A DNA stretch of 64,000 bases from an uncultured Anaerolineales bacterium (GCA_964526295.1 CAZGKW010000013.1:31468-95467), one strand, 5' to 3'. Numbered from the stretch's first letter, positions 19,388 through 29,642 are shown. Numbers and translations are program-made. The notes: generated from the letters alone by a model not told the origin.

Positions 19388-20470
19388 TCAATTCTCGGAT
19401 GCGCCCGACGGCCTTGTCAAGCGGTCCCGCAATTCGTCCTCGGTGTTGACGTTGATCCAGGCACCGCGAAGGCGCTGCGGCGGCTCCGGCGTGAGGACCT
19501 TCGGATGGCCCGCCAGGCGCGACGGTGTGAACCGCCCCGCCGCAGCCAACTCCTCCAGGAGCAGCCGGCCCCGGAGGTCGTAGTGCGCAAGGAGCGGCTC
19601 CGCCGTGCGGCGCCCGGACAGGCGCGGCAGCGTGGCCCAGACGCCCGGCCGGCGGGTATCGAGCAGCCACTCGAGCGCCACGGGCCCCATCTCGGGCAGG
19701 TCGCAAGCGGCCATGAGCCACGTCGAGCCCGGTGCCCAGCGCATCGCCGCCAGGAGCCCGGCCATCGGCCCGTCGACGCCCGGCGCGTCCGGAAGCCTCT
19801 CCGATGCGGTCAGCCCGGGCGGCAGGTCCCCGACGCCCAGGACCACGACGCGCTCCACCTTGCTTCCGAGCACCTCCATCGTCCGTTCGAGCCACGTCCG
19901 ACCGCCCGTCTCGATCAGGTGCTTGGGACGGCCCATGCGTGTGCTCCGGCCGCCGATCAACACGCCGCCATAGACCGGCGGACGCCGCCAGACTTCCGGC
20001 AGCCAACCGTCGAGGGTATCAAGGACGGCCTCGACCCGGTCGGCATCGCGTCGGAGCGTCGCCACGACCGGGCCGATCTCGGGGGGCGCCGCGGATTCGC
20101 CTTCGCCCAGGAGCCAGACCTTCGGCCAGCCCAGGGGCTTGCGGCCCTCGACCAGCACCAGGTCGTACCGCCGGCCCAGCTCGATCAGGCCGAGCGGCAT
20201 CCCCGGGCGGCCGGCATGCCCTTGGCGGCCGGCGGGATGCGTCCGGGCGAAGCCCTGCTCCTCCGAGCCGATGAACACGTCCGCTCCCGTGCGAAAGAAG
20301 CGGTCGCTGTCCTTTCCGAGGCGGTCGACGTCGAGATGCCCGGCGCCGGGCTTGGCCACGGCGACCGCCAGCCCGCGGCCGGCGAACCGGGAAGCGACGG
20401 CCTCGATGACGGTGGTCTTGCCGGAATCGTGGTGGCCGAAGATGCCGAAGACGGGCAGGTCAGCGAGCAT
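19388..20470 (-). CDS. mobA: MobB::MobA fusion. MobB is the GTP-binding MGD-biosynthesis protein and MobA is the molybdenum cofactor guanylyltransferase.
   Basis: The N-terminal GHHDSGKTT is the MobB P-loop. The C-terminal LIGGRSTRMG...K is MobA. Confidence 0.8.
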   Translation of the reverse strand: MLADLPVFGIFGHHDSGKTTVIEAVASRFAGRGLAVAVAKPGAGHLDVDRLGKDSDRFFRTGADVFIGSEEQGFARTHPAGRQGHAGRPGMPLGLIELGRRYDLVLVEGRKPLGWPKVWLLGEGESAAPPEIGPVVATLRRDADRVEAVLDTLDGWLPEVWRRPPVYGGVLIGGRSTRMGRPKHLIETGGRTWLERTMEVLGSKVERVVVLGVGDLPPGLTASERLPDAPGVDGPMAGLLAAMRWAPGSTWLMAACDLPEMGPVALEWLLDTRRPGVWATLPRLSGRRTAEPLLAHYDLRGRLLLEELAAAGRFTPSRLAGHPKVLTPEPPQRLRGAWINVNTEDELRDRLTRPSGASEN

Positions 20471-21449
20471 GCCCGCCCTCCGCCGGGCTCGACCGGGCCG
20501 GCGCGGCAGGTCGCCCGCACTCGCTCGGATCGCCCCGGAGCTTCGCCAGGCCGTGCCCGAGGGCCGGCAGGACGGCCTCCAGGTTCTCGACGGCCCCCCG
20601 CTCCGAGCCGGGCAGGTTCAGGATGAGCGCCGAACCGCGGATGCCCGACGAGCCGCGCGACAGCATGGCGTGCGGCGTCTTGGCCAGCGACGCCGCCCGC
20701 ATCGCCTCGTCCAGGCCGGGCGTCGGCCGATCCAGGACCTGACGGGTGGCCTCCGGGGTCACGTCGCGGGGGGCGAAGCCCGTGCCCCCCACCGCCGCCA
20801 CGAGGTCGATACTGTGCCCGTCGGCATAGTGCCGGAGCCGGTCGGCAATCCGGTCGACCTCGTCGGGCAAGACCTCCGTGCAGTAGACGTGGGCGCCGAG
20901 ATCGTCTTCGAGCCGCCGGGCGACGGCCGGGCCGGCCGTGTCGGCCGCCTCGCCTCGCGAGCAGCGGTCGCTGATCGTCAGGACGACCGCCTGGAACCGA
21001 TCGCGCTCCACGAGTTTCAGGACCGCCGCTTCGTCGCCCGGCCGGACCGTCCCGCCGCTTTCGACCCGGGCGAACAGGCCCAGCCGCGGCATGATGCAGT
21101 CGCCCGTCAGGCGGCCGATGGCACACGGCGCGTGACAGACCTTGCCGATCTGGGTGATGGAGAGGACCACGTCTCGGCCCAGCCGGAGCCGCGTTCCGAG
21201 CCCCAGCGCCGAGAGTTCGATGCCTGAGAGGACGACGTTCTCAGCGAACGCCCCCGGCGTCAGGTCCGGCAGGCCGGCCTCGCGGACCGCCTGGATGTCT
21301 TCGTCGGCGAGGAGGCTGACCTGGCGGTGCCAGGGGCCGGCGTGGGCGTCGCCTATGATGCCGTGGTCGGGGCGGAAGACGGCCGCCTCCACAGGGCGCT
21401 TCTGGACGCCGGTGACCTCGCTCGTGCAGAGGGCCTCAGCCCTGGCCAT
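20460..21449 (-). CDS. MOSC-domain::MogA/MoaB fusion. The second domain is a molybdopterin adenylyltransferase-like domain.
   Basis: The N-terminal ~150 aa carries a conserved Cys (SITQIGKVCH) of MOSC type. The C-terminal half has the MogA/MoaB GGTG motif. Confidence 0.65.
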   Translation of the reverse strand: MARAEALCTSEVTGVQKRPVEAAVFRPDHGIIGDAHAGPWHRQVSLLADEDIQAVREAGLPDLTPGAFAENVVLSGIELSALGLGTRLRLGRDVVLSITQIGKVCHAPCAIGRLTGDCIMPRLGLFARVESGGTVRPGDEAAVLKLVERDRFQAVVLTISDRCSRGEAADTAGPAVARRLEDDLGAHVYCTEVLPDEVDRIADRLRHYADGHSIDLVAAVGGTGFAPRDVTPEATRQVLDRPTPGLDEAMRAASLAKTPHAMLSRGSSGIRGSALILNLPGSERGAVENLEAVLPALGHGLAKLRGDPSECGRPAAPARSSPAEGGHAR

Positions 21450-21939
21450 GCCCGCCCTCCTCGCGGACCCAATGGCCCGACTTGCCGCCCTCCTTCTCGA
21501 GGAGCCGGACCTGGCTGATCTCGACGCCCGGCCCGGCCGACTTCACCATGTCGTAGACCGTCAGGGCCGCCACCGACGCCGCCACCATCGCCTCCATCTC
21601 GACCCCCGTGCGGGCCTCCGTCGCGACCCGGGCCACGATGTGGACGCGGCCGCCGGAGAGCGTCGTGTCGCAATCGACGGCGTCGAGCGTCAGCGTGTGG
21701 CACAGGGGTATGAGGGTGGCGGTGTGCTTGGCGGCGGTGATGCCGGCGAGGCGGGCCGTGTCGAGGACATTGCCCTTGGCCATGCCGCCGTGCCTTCGGA
21801 TCCGTTCCTCGATATCCGAGCCGATGGTGATCCAGGCCTCCGCGACGGCGCGGCGCCTCGTCACGGGTTTGCCTCCGACGTTGACCATTCGGGCCTCGCC
21901 GCCGGGCGCCAGGTGGTTCAGGCCGGACGATTCGCTCAT
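21436..21939 (-). CDS. moaC: Cyclic pyranopterin monophosphate synthase MoaC
   Basis: It is 167 aa with MoaC-typical conserved blocks (LIPLCH..., GVEMEAM). Confidence 0.85.
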   Translation of the reverse strand: MSESSGLNHLAPGGEARMVNVGGKPVTRRRAVAEAWITIGSDIEERIRRHGGMAKGNVLDTARLAGITAAKHTATLIPLCHTLTLDAVDCDTTLSGGRVHIVARVATEARTGVEMEAMVAASVAALTVYDMVKSAGPGVEISQVRLLEKEGGKSGHWVREEGGHGQG

Positions 21940-22023
21940 CTCTCACCCCCAGTGGAAAGGTGCGGTCGGTACCCCGTCCCCAGCCGCACTCATGATCACA
22001 CCCCGGCGGGTGGGGACTTCCGT

Positions 22024-23049
22024 CTATCCGCCGATGCCGGCCATAAGTTGCTGGTCGGCGAAGCGCCGGCCGGCCCGCTTGAGGCCGAGGGCCTCCTCGA
22101 CGGCGTCGGCCAGGGCTGCTTCGTAGGTCGGCCCCCGGGCCCGAAGGAGGGGCCGGACGTCGATCCCCTCCGGCCGCGCCAGGCACCCCAGAAGCCGCCC
22201 CGTCGCCGTCAGCCGGAGCCGGCGGCAATCGCCGCAGAACGGCGCCGTGCACGGCGAGATGAAGCCGATGCGGCCCGTGCGGCCGTCCGCGTCGCGGGCC
22301 AGGAAGTCGCGGCTCGACGCCCCGGGCTCGCGCGGGAGCGGCTCCAGTGCCAACTCCTCCGCGAGCCGCGCCCGGACCTCGCCGCTCGGGACGAGCCAAT
22401 CCCGATGCCGCCCGGCTGCCGCACCGATCGGCATCACCTCCAGGAACCGCACGGGGCAGCCCCGCTCCAGGCCGTAGCGGGCCATGCGGACGACCTCGTC
22501 CTGATTGATGCCGCGGAGGACCACCATGTTGAGCTTCACGGGCCGGAGCCCGGCCCCGAGGGCGGCGTCGATACCGGCCAGTGCATCGGCCAGGCGCCCG
22601 CCTCGCGTCAACTCACGATAGACCTGCGGGTCGAGCGTGTCGAGGCTGACGTTGACCCGTCGAACCCCCGTCCGGCGGAGGTCAGCAGCCAGGTCGGCCA
22701 GCCGCACGCCGTTGGTCGTCAGCGCCAGGTCGGGAAGCCCCATCGCCCCGAGAGCGGCGACGAAGTCGACGATGCCGCGCCGAATGAGCGGCTCGCCGCC
22801 CGTGATGCGGACTTTTGACACTCCCAATCGGGCGCGAACGATGCGGACGAAGTCGGCCACCTCCTCGTACCGAAGCACGTCCTCATGACGGCCCATCGAG
22901 GCCCCTTCGGGGGGGAGGCAGTAGAGGCACCGCAGGTCGCACCGGTCGGTCACGGAGAGACGCAGCGTCAGCGGGGCCGGTGATCGGCCGGCCTGTCCTT
23001 GCCCGGCTTCGGGCACGGACCCGAGCTTGTTGCCCGACGTCCTGTCCAT
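22024..23049 (-). CDS. moaA: GTP 3',8-cyclase MoaA (radical SAM)
   Basis: It has the CxxxCxxC (CDLRCLYC) radical-SAM motif and the C-terminal second cluster CTAPFCGDC. The internal ATG at 23049 was chosen because the ORF extension upstream is Arg/Pro-rich junk. Confidence 0.85.
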   Translation of the reverse strand: MDRTSGNKLGSVPEAGQGQAGRSPAPLTLRLSVTDRCDLRCLYCLPPEGASMGRHEDVLRYEEVADFVRIVRARLGVSKVRITGGEPLIRRGIVDFVAALGAMGLPDLALTTNGVRLADLAADLRRTGVRRVNVSLDTLDPQVYRELTRGGRLADALAGIDAALGAGLRPVKLNMVVLRGINQDEVVRMARYGLERGCPVRFLEVMPIGAAAGRHRDWLVPSGEVRARLAEELALEPLPREPGASSRDFLARDADGRTGRIGFISPCTAPFCGDCRRLRLTATGRLLGCLARPEGIDVRPLLRARGPTYEAALADAVEEALGLKRAGRRFADQQLMAGIGG

Positions 23050-23246
23050 GGAAGAAGCACCCCGATTGGCCGCCGCCCTGCGACCGCGGTTATTATACCC
23101 ATTCGTGGGGGCATTTGCACCCCCGTCCCGGGGGAAGTTTCCGGTCACCACCCGGTGGGACGCGAGCGGCCGGAACGGGGGCCTGACCCGGGGGCATCGA
23201 AAGGCCTTGACCGCACCGGAAAACGGGCGAGAATGGGTCACCCGCC

Positions 23247-25220
23247 ATGGCCGCCGAGACCACAACCCTTGACGTCCGCGCCACGGGCGACGTGTCGCCT
23301 GAGGCGGAGAGCGATGCGCCCGCGAGCCGCCCCGGTCCCGGCAGGGCGGCCCGTCGAGGGGGCACGCCGGGACGGGACTCCCAGCCGCTGAGCGTCCTGT
23401 TCGACCTCGGTCATCCGGCCCACTTCCACCTGTTCCATCACACGATCGCCGCCCTGAAGGAGGCGGGCCACCGCGTTCGGATCATCGCCCGGCAGAAGGA
23501 CTGCCTGCCCGACCTGCTCGACCGGTCGGGGTGGGACTACGAGCTGGTGCCCCGGCCCCGGAAAGGCCTTGCGGCCCTGGCGGCCGAGCAGTTCCACGTC
23601 CTGGCCAGGATCTGCGCCCTGGCGGCCCGGAAGCCGGTCGACCTCATGATCGGAACGTCGGTCGTGATCGGCCTGGCCTCGCGCCTGACAGGGGCGACGT
23701 CTCTGGTGTTCTGCGAAGACGACCAGGACGTGGTGCCCCTGTTCGCCCAGTTGGCCTACTCGCCCGCCCACTTCGTCGTCACGCCGCGGTCGTTGAAAAA
23801 GGAGAACCACGGCCGGAAGCACCTGACGTACCCGGGGTACCAGGAGCTGGCGTACCTGCATCCGGACCTGTACCGGCCATCGCCGGACGTCCTGGAGAGG
23901 CTGGGCGTCGAGCCGGGCGAGCGGTACTTCATCGTCCGCCTGGTCGCCCTTCGAGCCCATCACGACATCGGACAGCAGGGCCTGAGCCACGCCCAGGCCC
24001 GGGCGGTGGTCGAGCGGCTGCTCCCCCACGGCCGGGTGTTCCTGAGCGTCGAGGGCGACGTGCCCGAGGACCTTCGGTCGCACCTGCTGCCCACGCCCGT
24101 CGACCGCATCTTCGACGTCATGCACTACGCCGACATGATCGTCGGCGACAGCCAGACGATGACTATCGAGGCGGCCGTCCTGGGGACGCCGGCCCTGAGG
24201 TGCAACACGTTCGTGGGGCGTCTGAGCGTCCTGGAGGAGCTCGAGCATCGGTACGGCCTGACCGTGGGCATCCACCCGCGCGACTTCCCGCGGCTCCTGG
24301 AGCAGGTCGACCGCTGGCTGGCGACGGACGACCTCAAGGCCGTCTGGGAGCGGCGACGACAGGGCTTGCTGGCCGAGTCGGTCAACCTGACGGACTGGAC
24401 GCTCGGGTTGGTCGACTCGCTGGCCGAGAAGCGGCGACGCGCCCATGAGGTGCCCCCCTCCCGGGGCCGGTCCACGTTCGGTGCGGAGCGCGAAACCGTC
24501 CGCCTGGAGCCGTTCGGAAGCCACGCCCGCCAGGAGAAATACGCCACCCGCAACCCGGTTGAGCGGTGGCTGATCCGCAATTTCTTCGACGAGCTGGAGA
24601 ACCTGCTCGGCCCTTCCGAAGGATCGATCCTCGACGTCGGGGCCGGCGAAGGCGATGCCTACCGGTTCCTGTCGCCCGCCATCGCGCGGAAGGGCGTCAC
24701 GGCCCTGGAGGTCGACGCGACCTGCTTCCCCCGGATGCGGCGCATCGCCCCGGCCGTCACGCCCGTCCAGGGCGACGTCTACGCCCTGCCGTTTCAGGAC
24801 GCGGCCTTCGACACGGTCATGTGTCTGGAGGTCTTCGAGCACCTGACCGATCCCGGGCGGGCCCTCCAGGAGCTGTTGCGTGTCAGCCGGCGCGGTGTGG
24901 TGCTGAGCGTCCCGTGGGAACCGGTGTGGCGGCTGGGGAACCTCGTGGCGACCCGGTACATCTGGGACCTCGGCAACACGCCCGGACACATCCAGCACTG
25001 GACCCACCGGGGATTCGTCGAGTGGGTGGGTCAGCATGCCCGCGTCCTCGCGGTCCGATGCCCCGTGCCGTGGACGATGGTGCTGGCGTCACCGGTGCAA
25101 CGGCACGACCCGAGCGGCCCTGCCGCCGCTGGCTCGTTGGGAAAACGCGGATTCGATTGGTTCCTCGCGAAGGGGCGGCCACGAGGGGGGCCAAGCCGCA
25201 GCTTCAGGTCCGGTCCGTGA
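23247..25220 (+). CDS. DUF354-family (GT-B-like) domain fused to a class I SAM-dependent methyltransferase
   Basis: The N-terminal 400 aa resemble DUF354. The C-terminal part has the ILDVGAGEGD SAM-binding motif (Methyltransf_11-like). Confidence 0.55.
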   Translation: MAAETTTLDVRATGDVSPEAESDAPASRPGPGRAARRGGTPGRDSQPLSVLFDLGHPAHFHLFHHTIAALKEAGHRVRIIARQKDCLPDLLDRSGWDYELVPRPRKGLAALAAEQFHVLARICALAARKPVDLMIGTSVVIGLASRLTGATSLVFCEDDQDVVPLFAQLAYSPAHFVVTPRSLKKENHGRKHLTYPGYQELAYLHPDLYRPSPDVLERLGVEPGERYFIVRLVALRAHHDIGQQGLSHAQARAVVERLLPHGRVFLSVEGDVPEDLRSHLLPTPVDRIFDVMHYADMIVGDSQTMTIEAAVLGTPALRCNTFVGRLSVLEELEHRYGLTVGIHPRDFPRLLEQVDRWLATDDLKAVWERRRQGLLAESVNLTDWTLGLVDSLAEKRRRAHEVPPSRGRSTFGAERETVRLEPFGSHARQEKYATRNPVERWLIRNFFDELENLLGPSEGSILDVGAGEGDAYRFLSPAIARKGVTALEVDATCFPRMRRIAPAVTPVQGDVYALPFQDAAFDTVMCLEVFEHLTDPGRALQELLRVSRRGVVLSVPWEPVWRLGNLVATRYIWDLGNTPGHIQHWTHRGFVEWVGQHARVLAVRCPVPWTMVLASPVQRHDPSGPAAAGSLGKRGFDWFLAKGRPRGGPSRSFRSGP

Positions 25221-26818
25221 CGAAGCGTTCGCTCATCCTGGTGGTCTTCGCGGCCATCGCTGCCCTTCACCTGGCAGCGCTGACCAACCACTGGGTCCCG
25301 AAGCAGGACTCCGCCCTGTATATGGTCCTGGGTCGATCGCTGGCCGAGGGCCGGGGCATGGAGTTCGCCGGCAGGCAGGAATGGGGCATTCCCCCGTTCG
25401 TGCCGCTTCTGATCGCCGGCTGCCGACTCGCCGTCGGGCCCGATCCGTGGCTTCCGAACCTGATCATGACGCTGTTCGGTCTGGGAACGGTGGCCCTTTC
25501 CTACGGGCTGGCACGGCGATGGGCGGCCGAGTTACCGCCTGTCTATCGCCAGGACTTGCCCATCGCCGTCCTGATCTTGGCGGGGACGTCGGCCCGGCTG
25601 TTCGTCGACTCGACGCACATCCTCACGGACGTGCCGTTCGCGTTCTGGGTGACGTTGGGCCTGTACGGTTTCGTGCGTGGCTGGCAGGGCCACTGGGCGT
25701 GGTGCCTGGCGGGGTCGCTGGCCCTGGCGGTGGGCGTCTACACGCGGCTGCCCGCCCCGGCCATCCTCCTCGCCGCCGTGGTGTCGGTGCTGATCGACCG
25801 GCGTCGGCCGGGATGGGGCAAGCGTGCGGCGGCCGCCCTGGGCGGCGGGGCCCTCGTCCTGGCCGGTGCGGCCCTCTGGCTTGTCCTGCTGGGAGGGCGC
25901 CGCGACGCCGGTTCCATCGACTACCTCGCCTCGGTTCGCCCGGATCAGCTCCTGTCCTGGGAGGGCCTTGGGGATACGTGGGCGACCGTGGCGGAGTTCC
26001 CGGGGGCGATCGTCGCGGCCGTCATCTACCAGAAGCTGGAATGGTTCCACTTCAGCCTGGTGCCGACGGCCTTCGTCGTCCTCGGTCTGGTTACGTCGGT
26101 CCGGCACCGTCAATGGCTGGCCGTGCTGCCGCTCGTGGCGTACTTCCTGGTGCTGGCGGCCCGTGGCGGCGGATCGGCCGCCTCACGGTACATGCTTCCG
26201 GTGATGCCGATCCTGGCCTACGCCCTGCTGGCAGGCGTCCAGACGCTGGCCAACTGGGGGACGCGGCTGGGCCGGGCGCTCGGCGTGCCGGACAGCCGGA
26301 CGACGGTGTTCCTGAACCGGGTGCCGATCGCCGTGGCGGTTGCGCTCCTCACGGCCACGGGTCTCTTCCGCGTGGGCCGACAGATCCTTTGGATCCGCCA
26401 CCCGCAATTTGAGAAAGTCTACGAGGAGGGGCGGTGGCGGGACACCCTGGCCGTGGGACGTTACCTGGCCGCCCGAGGCCAGCGGAGCGAGGACGCCGTT
26501 CTGACGCCCGACGACACCGTGGTGGCCTATGCGTCGGGGCTCCGGACGGAGGGCCTCATCGCCTGGCAGGGCCGCCGCGAGGAGCACTGGTCGGACCTGC
26601 CCCCGGAGGCGCTGCTGCGTGCGGCGACCGGCGGCGAGTACCGCTTCGTCGTGGTGCCGGCGGACAAGGGCGACTGGAGTCGCGCGGTCGAGAAGGGGAT
26701 GGCCGAGAGCGACCTCTTCATGGGCCCGCCCCGGCGGTTCGGCCGATTCGCCCTCTACGAACGGCGCCGCCCGCCCGGCGACGAGCCGGAACCCGGCGGC
26801 GAAGACGGCGGCGGCTGA
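25217..26818 (+). CDS. Polytopic membrane GT-C glycosyltransferase (PMT/ArnT-like, GT39/GT83-type)
   Basis: It has more than 10 predicted TM helices plus a C-terminal soluble domain. Overall it resembles PMT_2-family proteins. The GTG overlaps the upstream stop. Confidence 0.5.
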   Translation: MTKRSLILVVFAAIAALHLAALTNHWVPKQDSALYMVLGRSLAEGRGMEFAGRQEWGIPPFVPLLIAGCRLAVGPDPWLPNLIMTLFGLGTVALSYGLARRWAAELPPVYRQDLPIAVLILAGTSARLFVDSTHILTDVPFAFWVTLGLYGFVRGWQGHWAWCLAGSLALAVGVYTRLPAPAILLAAVVSVLIDRRRPGWGKRAAAALGGGALVLAGAALWLVLLGGRRDAGSIDYLASVRPDQLLSWEGLGDTWATVAEFPGAIVAAVIYQKLEWFHFSLVPTAFVVLGLVTSVRHRQWLAVLPLVAYFLVLAARGGGSAASRYMLPVMPILAYALLAGVQTLANWGTRLGRALGVPDSRTTVFLNRVPIAVAVALLTATGLFRVGRQILWIRHPQFEKVYEEGRWRDTLAVGRYLAARGQRSEDAVLTPDDTVVAYASGLRTEGLIAWQGRREEHWSDLPPEALLRAATGGEYRFVVVPADKGDWSRAVEKGMAESDLFMGPPRRFGRFALYERRRPPGDEPEPGGEDGGG

Positions 26819-26868
26819 TGCCGCTCCCGCCGTGCCCGGCGCCCGAGGACCCGCCGCCCGGCCCACTC

Positions 26869-28689
26869 TCAGCCGGCGGCAGCGGCCGGTGCATCGGCGA
26901 CCGGTCCATGGGCGGCGGGCCCGCCGCGCGGATCCCGCATCGGGACCGGGTTGGACGGCGGGGCCGTGGCGCGCCGGATAGGGCCCGACCGAAGCCGCCG
27001 GGCCCAATCGAGAGTCCGTCGCGCGTTCAGCGCGAGACCCAGCATGCCGAGGAACTGCGGCCCGCAGTCCAGCAGGTACGCCGAACTTTTCGGCCGGAGG
27101 AGCGCGTTCAGAAGGCGGGCTGGATTATAGAAATAGGCGTACGTAGCCAGGATGTTGAGCTGGGCCCGCCACGGCCGGGCCTCGCGCGACGCCACCACGT
27201 AGTTGCCGTCGATCATGTGGGGCCCGACGGGTCTGCCTCCGGCGCTTTCGATCACGAGCCCGTCGCGGTAGGCCTCGTCAGCCCACTTCGACCCCGGGGC
27301 CGGCGTCACTGAAAGGACCTGGAGCGTGCAGGCCCCGGCCCGCCTGAGGAGCCGGGCCTGGTTGATCAGGCCGTACGGTTTCTCGCCGCGGCTGATGAGC
27401 GGCTGTCCGTCGTGGTGCATGAGCATGGGCATGGGGGCGATGCCCCGTTCGCGGAGCGCTCTGAACGCCTCCAGCGTCCGGCTCGACGTCTGGCCCTTCC
27501 GAACGAACGTGGCGGTCATGTCCTCGACGCCCAGCCACAGGGCCCGGCAGCCGGCCTTTCGGATCGACCGCAGGTGGTCCTTGATCCGCAGCGTGTCGGC
27601 GACGGTAACCTCGGTGGCCCAACGCATGGTCTTGCGGAGCCGGACCCCGTCGCGCTCGGCTCGGATGAGCGTCTCGGCGATGTCGAGCGCCCGCCGGGGA
27701 TCGTTGAAGAAGTTGTCGTCGGCGCCGAAGAAGTGGCGGATGCCGTAGGCCTTGTACAGTCCCCACATCTCGTCGGCGACACGAGGACCGCCCTTGGCCC
27801 GGAACCGGCCCTGGTTGTAGGCCGGGATCGGGCAGTACGGACACCGGAACCGGCACCCGAGCGTCAGGACGAGCGTCGCCAGGGCCGTGTTCCGGCGGAC
27901 CCGCTCGGGTGGAATGGGCCGCGGCGACAGGCCCTCTCGCCGGCTCGGGGGCTCGAGCATCGCGTAGCCCGGCACCGGGTCCGGAAGCTCGTCCAGGTCG
28001 GCGACGAGCCGCTGGACGCCCGTGTCGACCAGCTCCTCGGCGACGCCGTCCGTCTCGCCCCGCGGCCAGACGAGCCCGGGAATCTCGTCCAGCGCCCCCG
28101 AATCCCGCGCCCGGAGGAACGCCGACCGGAGCGGCTCGCCCGCGGCCCGCTCGGCCAGGACCACCTCCAGCAGCCGCAGCAGCACGTACTCCTCGCCGGT
28201 GACGGCCACGTCGGCGCCCCACGGATCGGCCGGGTCGGTGCCGAATACGTCCCACGGCTCGTAGATGGTCTTCGGGCCGCCGGCGATGACGAGCGGCCGC
28301 TCGGCGGACGGCATACGGCAGACCTCGCGGATCCACGCCTGGCACGATGCGGTGTGGATCTGCATGCTCGAGACGAGAAACAGGTCCGGCGTCCGCCCGT
28401 CCAAGCGGGCCAGCGACGGCCGGAACCGCCGGTTCCACTGGCCGAGGACAATGCGGGTCCGGTCGAACCCGCAGTCGGCCAGGGCCGAGCCGATCGCCCG
28501 GACCCCCGCCGGGACCATCCGCGTGTCGACAAAAAGGAACGGGAGCATCCGCGTCCGGAAATCGAACGCGTTGGCGATGACGGTAACGAGGTCGTGGCGC
28601 GGGGCGATCCGCCGGAGCCGACGACGGACGTCGACCAGCTCGCCCGGTGCGAGAAACACGTCGCCCGGCTCACGCTGCGGAAGCTCCAT
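26869..28689 (-). CDS. B12-binding radical SAM protein
   Basis: It has an N-terminal cobalamin-binding-like domain and the CRFRCPYC radical-SAM cluster motif. Confidence 0.75.
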   Translation of the reverse strand: MELPQREPGDVFLAPGELVDVRRRLRRIAPRHDLVTVIANAFDFRTRMLPFLFVDTRMVPAGVRAIGSALADCGFDRTRIVLGQWNRRFRPSLARLDGRTPDLFLVSSMQIHTASCQAWIREVCRMPSAERPLVIAGGPKTIYEPWDVFGTDPADPWGADVAVTGEEYVLLRLLEVVLAERAAGEPLRSAFLRARDSGALDEIPGLVWPRGETDGVAEELVDTGVQRLVADLDELPDPVPGYAMLEPPSRREGLSPRPIPPERVRRNTALATLVLTLGCRFRCPYCPIPAYNQGRFRAKGGPRVADEMWGLYKAYGIRHFFGADDNFFNDPRRALDIAETLIRAERDGVRLRKTMRWATEVTVADTLRIKDHLRSIRKAGCRALWLGVEDMTATFVRKGQTSSRTLEAFRALRERGIAPMPMLMHHDGQPLISRGEKPYGLINQARLLRRAGACTLQVLSVTPAPGSKWADEAYRDGLVIESAGGRPVGPHMIDGNYVVASREARPWRAQLNILATYAYFYNPARLLNALLRPKSSAYLLDCGPQFLGMLGLALNARRTLDWARRLRSGPIRRATAPPSNPVPMRDPRGGPAAHGPVADAPAAAAG

Positions 28690-28766
28690 CGCCTCACCAC
28701 TCCTCGGAAAGGCCCGGCGGCAGGAATTCTTGCAGGTCGCGGACCCGGAAGCAACCGGAAGGACGC

Positions 28767-29642
28767 TCAGCCGCGGCCCGTCTCGCGGCGGACCGCCTCG
28801 CGGTAGGCCTCGGCCAAACGGCGCCAGACGGGGCCCGGTCGGCCCTCACCGATCGGGCGCTGCTCGACACGGCCGACAGGCAGCAGCTCCATGATCGAGT
28901 TCGTCAGAAACACCTCGTCGGCGTCCAGCAAATCGTGGACGGTCAACGACCGCTGCTCGGCCGGCACACCGACCTCGGCGGCCAGCTCCAGGACGGCCGC
29001 CCGCGTCACGCCCGGCAGGAGGCCGTCCTCGACCGGCGGCGTCAGGAGGCGGCCGTCGAGCACGAGGAACACGTTCGAGACGGCCCCCTCGGCCAGGCGG
29101 TTCTTCGTGTTGAACCGGATGGCCTCGGTCGCGCGGGCCCGGCGGGCCTCGCGCAGCGCCAGCAGGTTCGCCATGTACCCGGTCGTCTTGTGGAACGTCG
29201 TCGGGTCGGTCTCGTTGATGCGGACCTCGCTGGCGACGACCGTCGCGCCGCGCTCGTACGCTGCGGCCGGGTAAGGGACCATCGGGCCGGCCGTGACGAC
29301 AAGCGTAGCCGGAGGGACGGCCTCATCGTCGACGGCGGCCGTCAGCCGACCGCGGCTGGCCGTGATGCGGACCCGGGCGTCGGGCACGCCGTTCGTCTCG
29401 ACGAGACGGGCGACGGTCCCGGCGATCTTCTCGTCGCTCTCGCGGACGAAGATGCGGAGCGCCTCGCCGCTCTCGCGGAGCCGCCGGAGGTGGGCCTCGA
29501 GGCGGAACGGCCTCCCGTCGTAGGTCCGAAGCGTCTCGAAAAGGCCGGCCCCGAGGAGGAAGCCGGCATCGTCGGCCGCGACGGTCGCTTCGTCGGCCGG
29601 AAGGAACCGCCCGGCCACATAGACCTCGTCGCTTCCTGCCAT
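28767..29642 (-). CDS. pabC: Class IV aminotransferase-fold enzyme, probably aminodeoxychorismate lyase
   Basis: It is a 291-aa fold-type IV PLP enzyme. It lies immediately downstream of a PabB-like gene. Confidence 0.6.
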   Translation of the reverse strand: MAGSDEVYVAGRFLPADEATVAADDAGFLLGAGLFETLRTYDGRPFRLEAHLRRLRESGEALRIFVRESDEKIAGTVARLVETNGVPDARVRITASRGRLTAAVDDEAVPPATLVVTAGPMVPYPAAAYERGATVVASEVRINETDPTTFHKTTGYMANLLALREARRARATEAIRFNTKNRLAEGAVSNVFLVLDGRLLTPPVEDGLLPGVTRAAVLELAAEVGVPAEQRSLTVHDLLDADEVFLTNSIMELLPVGRVEQRPIGEGRPGPVWRRLAEAYREAVRRETGRG

